Assembly (NCBI GenBank): GCA_049965895.1
Contig: JBMFVR010000002.1
Location: forward strand, 1-36,949
Direction: 5' to 3'
Source: Nitrososphaeria archaeon
GTDB taxonomy: Archaea > Thermoproteota > Nitrososphaeria > Conexivisphaerales > UBA164
Length of the DNA: 36,949 bases
The notes under the pieces are model-generated. The model ran no database searches, was not told where the DNA came from, and saw nothing but the letters and a program-made list of their open reading frames with translations. Of this stretch, positions 35,214 through 36,949 are shown in pieces. Positions within the stretch are counted from its first letter, which is position 1. Every line of letters begins with the position of its first letter. Position numbers and translations under genes: made by a program.

Positions 35214-35429
35214 ATGGATGAGCACATAGGATTCTTTTCAAGGAAAAGATGGGGGCCAGGTTCAATAATATTTATCATCGTACTGGCGCTGATCGGGATT
35301 ATCATATTGGTGCTGGGCAGGCTTGGGCCTATCTATATTTTTGAATCAGCGGTAATTTTTATAATAATAGTGGTATTTGTGCTGATAAAGGCTGCTGAGA
35401 GAATAAGCCCGGTGGATTTGCCCAAGTGA
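35214..35429 (+). CDS. small two-TM membrane protein (hypothetical)
   Basis: 71 aa with two hydrophobic helices. It starts 6 nt after the acd stop. Confidence 0.4.
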   Translation: MDEHIGFFSRKRWGPGSIIFIIVLALIGIIILVLGRLGPIYIFESAVIFIIIVVFVLIKAAERISPVDLPK

Positions 35430-35475
35430 ACTATGCCCGGCTTTAACTGGGTGTGGTTCACTGATAATAAATAAT

Positions 35476-35735
35476 ATGCTCTCGGCATATAAGTTCAGGC
35501 TCTACCCAGAGCAGGAGAAAATTCTCAATAACCAGCCGGCAGGGAGCCCTACAACATAGCATAAAGGCTTAAGCACTGCTCTGACCTACGCCGAACAGCA
35601 AACTGCCAGAAATGAAAACCCAGAATCGGCAACAAGAATCAGGAAATAAGTTCTCATACTGCAGATGGAGCAAGGCTGCAGTATAGCGGTATGAGAAGCT
35701 TTAGCGTGAAAGGATGTCACCTCAATAAAGCTCTG
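35476..35735 (+). pseudogene. tnpB: decayed N-terminal portion of a TnpB (IS200/IS605 OrfB) gene
   Basis: MLSAYKFRLYPEQEKILNN matches the canonical TnpB start (AYKFRLYP..eQ...l). A stop follows, and then frame-shifted pieces: KGLS..LTYAEQQ, KLPEMKTQN, VLILQ and RYEKL. These resemble the first 100 or so residues of TnpB. Confidence 0.6.
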
Positions 35736-35748
35736 TCAAATACAGAAA

Positions 35749-35803
35749 TTGTTTTTTATGGGAACAACATTATGGTAAAGTTGTTTTTTATGGGAACAAC
35801 ATT
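35749..35803. repeat. two perfect 23-bp direct repeats (TTGTTTTTTATGGGAACAACATT) with 32-bp periodicity, each containing an inverted repeat (G)TTGTT-N9-AACAA(C)
   Basis: Copies at 35749-35771 and 35781-35803 are identical by direct reading. Copy 2 runs into the TTTAAATA box. Confidence 0.9.
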
Positions 35804-35809
35804 TAAATA
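35802..35809 (+). promoter_or_regulatory. TATA box (TTTAAATA) for the AAA ATPase gene
   Basis: Centred 26 nt upstream of ATG 35831. It overlaps the 3' end of repeat copy 2. Confidence 0.5.
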
Positions 35810-35830
35810 CACTTTCTTCTGAACATATGT

Positions 35831-36949
35831 ATGACAAGAGAGGACGATTTTCGCTATGTCTTTTCCAATTTTGATTTAAAAAGTGTTCATGTAATTCAAA
35901 GGGATATTCATATTCCCTTAAAAACCAGCAGAATTGTAGCAGTGACCGGGCCCAGGCGAGCCGGCAAAACGTACTGCCTGTTTGGCATGATCAGTAATTT
36001 GAATGCCGTTCCTTCCAGGAACATTCTGTATGTTAATTTTGAATCTGAGAGGCTGAGAAACCTCGATGCAAATGACCTTGAAACCATGATGAAGGTTTTC
36101 TATGAAATGAGCAATCCAGATCCATCCAAGCCAGTGTACCTCTTTCTAGATGAAATTCAGAATGTGAAGGATTGGGACAGGTGGGTGCGCAGTATTGCCG
36201 ATAGGAAAAAGTTCAATATCTACATAAGTGGCTCATCGTCCAGGCTGCTCAGCAGGGAAATAGCAACAGCCTTGAGGGGCAGAAGCATAGATTTCATGGT
36301 ACTGCCACTGAGCTTCAAGGAGTTTCTCAAATTTGAAGGTGTGGAATTAGGAATAGGAGAATTGGAACGTATAGGGTTCAGGGATGAGAGGGGGATACTC
36401 CTGAACCGGCTCGATGAGTACATCAGGTGGGGCGCCTATCCGGAAATTGTTCTGGAAAGTGAAGAAAGCATAAAATCCAAGATCTTGGAATCGTACTACC
36501 AATCAACAGTGTACAGGGATATTGGGGAAAGAACAGGCATAAACCAGTCAATTGTCAGCGAATCTCTGCTGTATTTTGTGCATAATTATTCCAAGTATGT
36601 AAGCATATCAAAAACATATAATTACCTGAAAGGATTGGGCTACAGGGTAAGCAAGCAGACCCTCATTGAGGTTTTGAATGCCGCAAGGGAAGCCTACCTG
36701 CTGTTCACCACCGAAATATATTCCAAATCTGCTAAGAACAGAACCCAGTACCCGAAAAAGGTTTATGTTGTGGATGCAGGAATGGTGCGCGCAGCAAAAG
36801 CAGAACATAGCACCGGCCGGCTTATGGAAAACACAGTCATGCTTGAACTGGTGAGAAGACTTTACGGTTCAGGAAGCGAGATATACTACTGGAAGGAGTA
36901 CGGAAAGGCGGAAGGCGCAGAAGTGGATTTTGTAATAAAGGAGGGCATA
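35831..36949 (+). CDS. AAA-type ATPase of the archaeal COG1373 / DUF4143 family; partial, continues past the right edge
   Basis: My own translation from ATG 35831 is open for all 373 codons to the window end, so it is not in the ORF track. Walker A is VTGPRRAGKT and Walker B is YLFLDEIQ. The C-terminal region (YYWKEYGKAEGAEVDFV) is typical of this family. Confidence 0.8.
   Translation, partial: MTREDDFRYVFSNFDLKSVHVIQRDIHIPLKTSRIVAVTGPRRAGKTYCLFGMISNLNAVPSRNILYVNFESERLRNLDANDLETMMKVFYEMSNPDPSKPVYLFLDEIQNVKDWDRWVRSIADRKKFNIYISGSSSRLLSREIATALRGRSIDFMVLPLSFKEFLKFEGVELGIGELERIGFRDERGILLNRLDEYIRWGAYPEIVLESEESIKSKILESYYQSTVYRDIGERTGINQSIVSESLLYFVHNYSKYVSISKTYNYLKGLGYRVSKQTLIEVLNAAREAYLLFTTEIYSKSAKNRTQYPKKVYVVDAGMVRAAKAEHSTGRLMENTVMLELVRRLYGSGSEIYYWKEYGKAEGAEVDFVIKEGI

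Noticed and set aside
35749-35803. The tandem 23-bp repeat as a minimal CRISPR array.
   Set aside because: There are only two copies, separated by 9 bp, which is far shorter than any spacer. No cas genes or leader are present.
35827-35874. ATG 35827 as the start of the right-edge gene.
   Set aside because: That frame stops after 15 codons. ATG 35831 is in frame with the Walker A motif and stays open to the window end.

Overview
This 36.9-kb window reads as chromosomal DNA from a Thermoplasmatales-like archaeon. That assignment is an inference. It rests on a glucose dehydrogenase that, from memory, closely resembles the Thermoplasma acidophilum enzyme, on a full non-phosphorylative Entner-Doudoroff (npED) enzyme set that uses an ALDH-type glyceraldehyde dehydrogenase, on a fused ADP-forming acetyl-CoA synthetase, and on TATA-like boxes about 26 nt upstream of most start codons. 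Coding density is high. From left to right the window contains: divergent pyrB/pyrC; a dihydrolipoamide-dehydrogenase-like flavoprotein; an unknown 240-aa ORF; a ferritin-like/VIT1 iron transporter; cysteine synthase, thioredoxin, an unknown ORF and CysRS; a eukaryote-type NADP-IDH; an MFS transporter with an apparent frameshift; a DHDPS-family lyase; one complete IS with inverted repeats; an RCK-gated channel; a B12-type radical SAM enzyme; a SWIM protein; tRNA-Thr(UGU); a decayed TnpB gene; a secreted protein; MscS; a TreT-like glycosyltransferase; the four npED genes; a glycogen/trehalose block (two GH15 genes, a debranching enzyme, glycogen synthase, GH57); a thioesterase; the ADP-forming ACS; a second TnpB relic; a tandem palindromic repeat; and a partial AAA ATPase. 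I found no CRISPR array, no rRNA, no recognisable defence or toxin-antitoxin operon, and no convincing novel multi-gene system. The most interesting leads are all hypotheses built from motifs read by eye. (1) ORF 3255-3977 resembles a miniaturised FtsZ/tubulin-like protein that lacks the GTP-binding signature loops. (2) Two non-overlapping TnpB (IS200/IS605 RNA-guided nuclease) relics are present, one abutting tRNA-Thr and one followed by a 23-bp tandem palindrome that overlaps the promoter of a DUF4143-type ATPase. (3) The MFS gene is interrupted at an A7 tract. (4) The IS transposase seems to lack the catalytic glutamate. (5) The channel has a non-canonical selectivity filter. (6) The npED genes are unusually consolidated with storage-carbohydrate genes.
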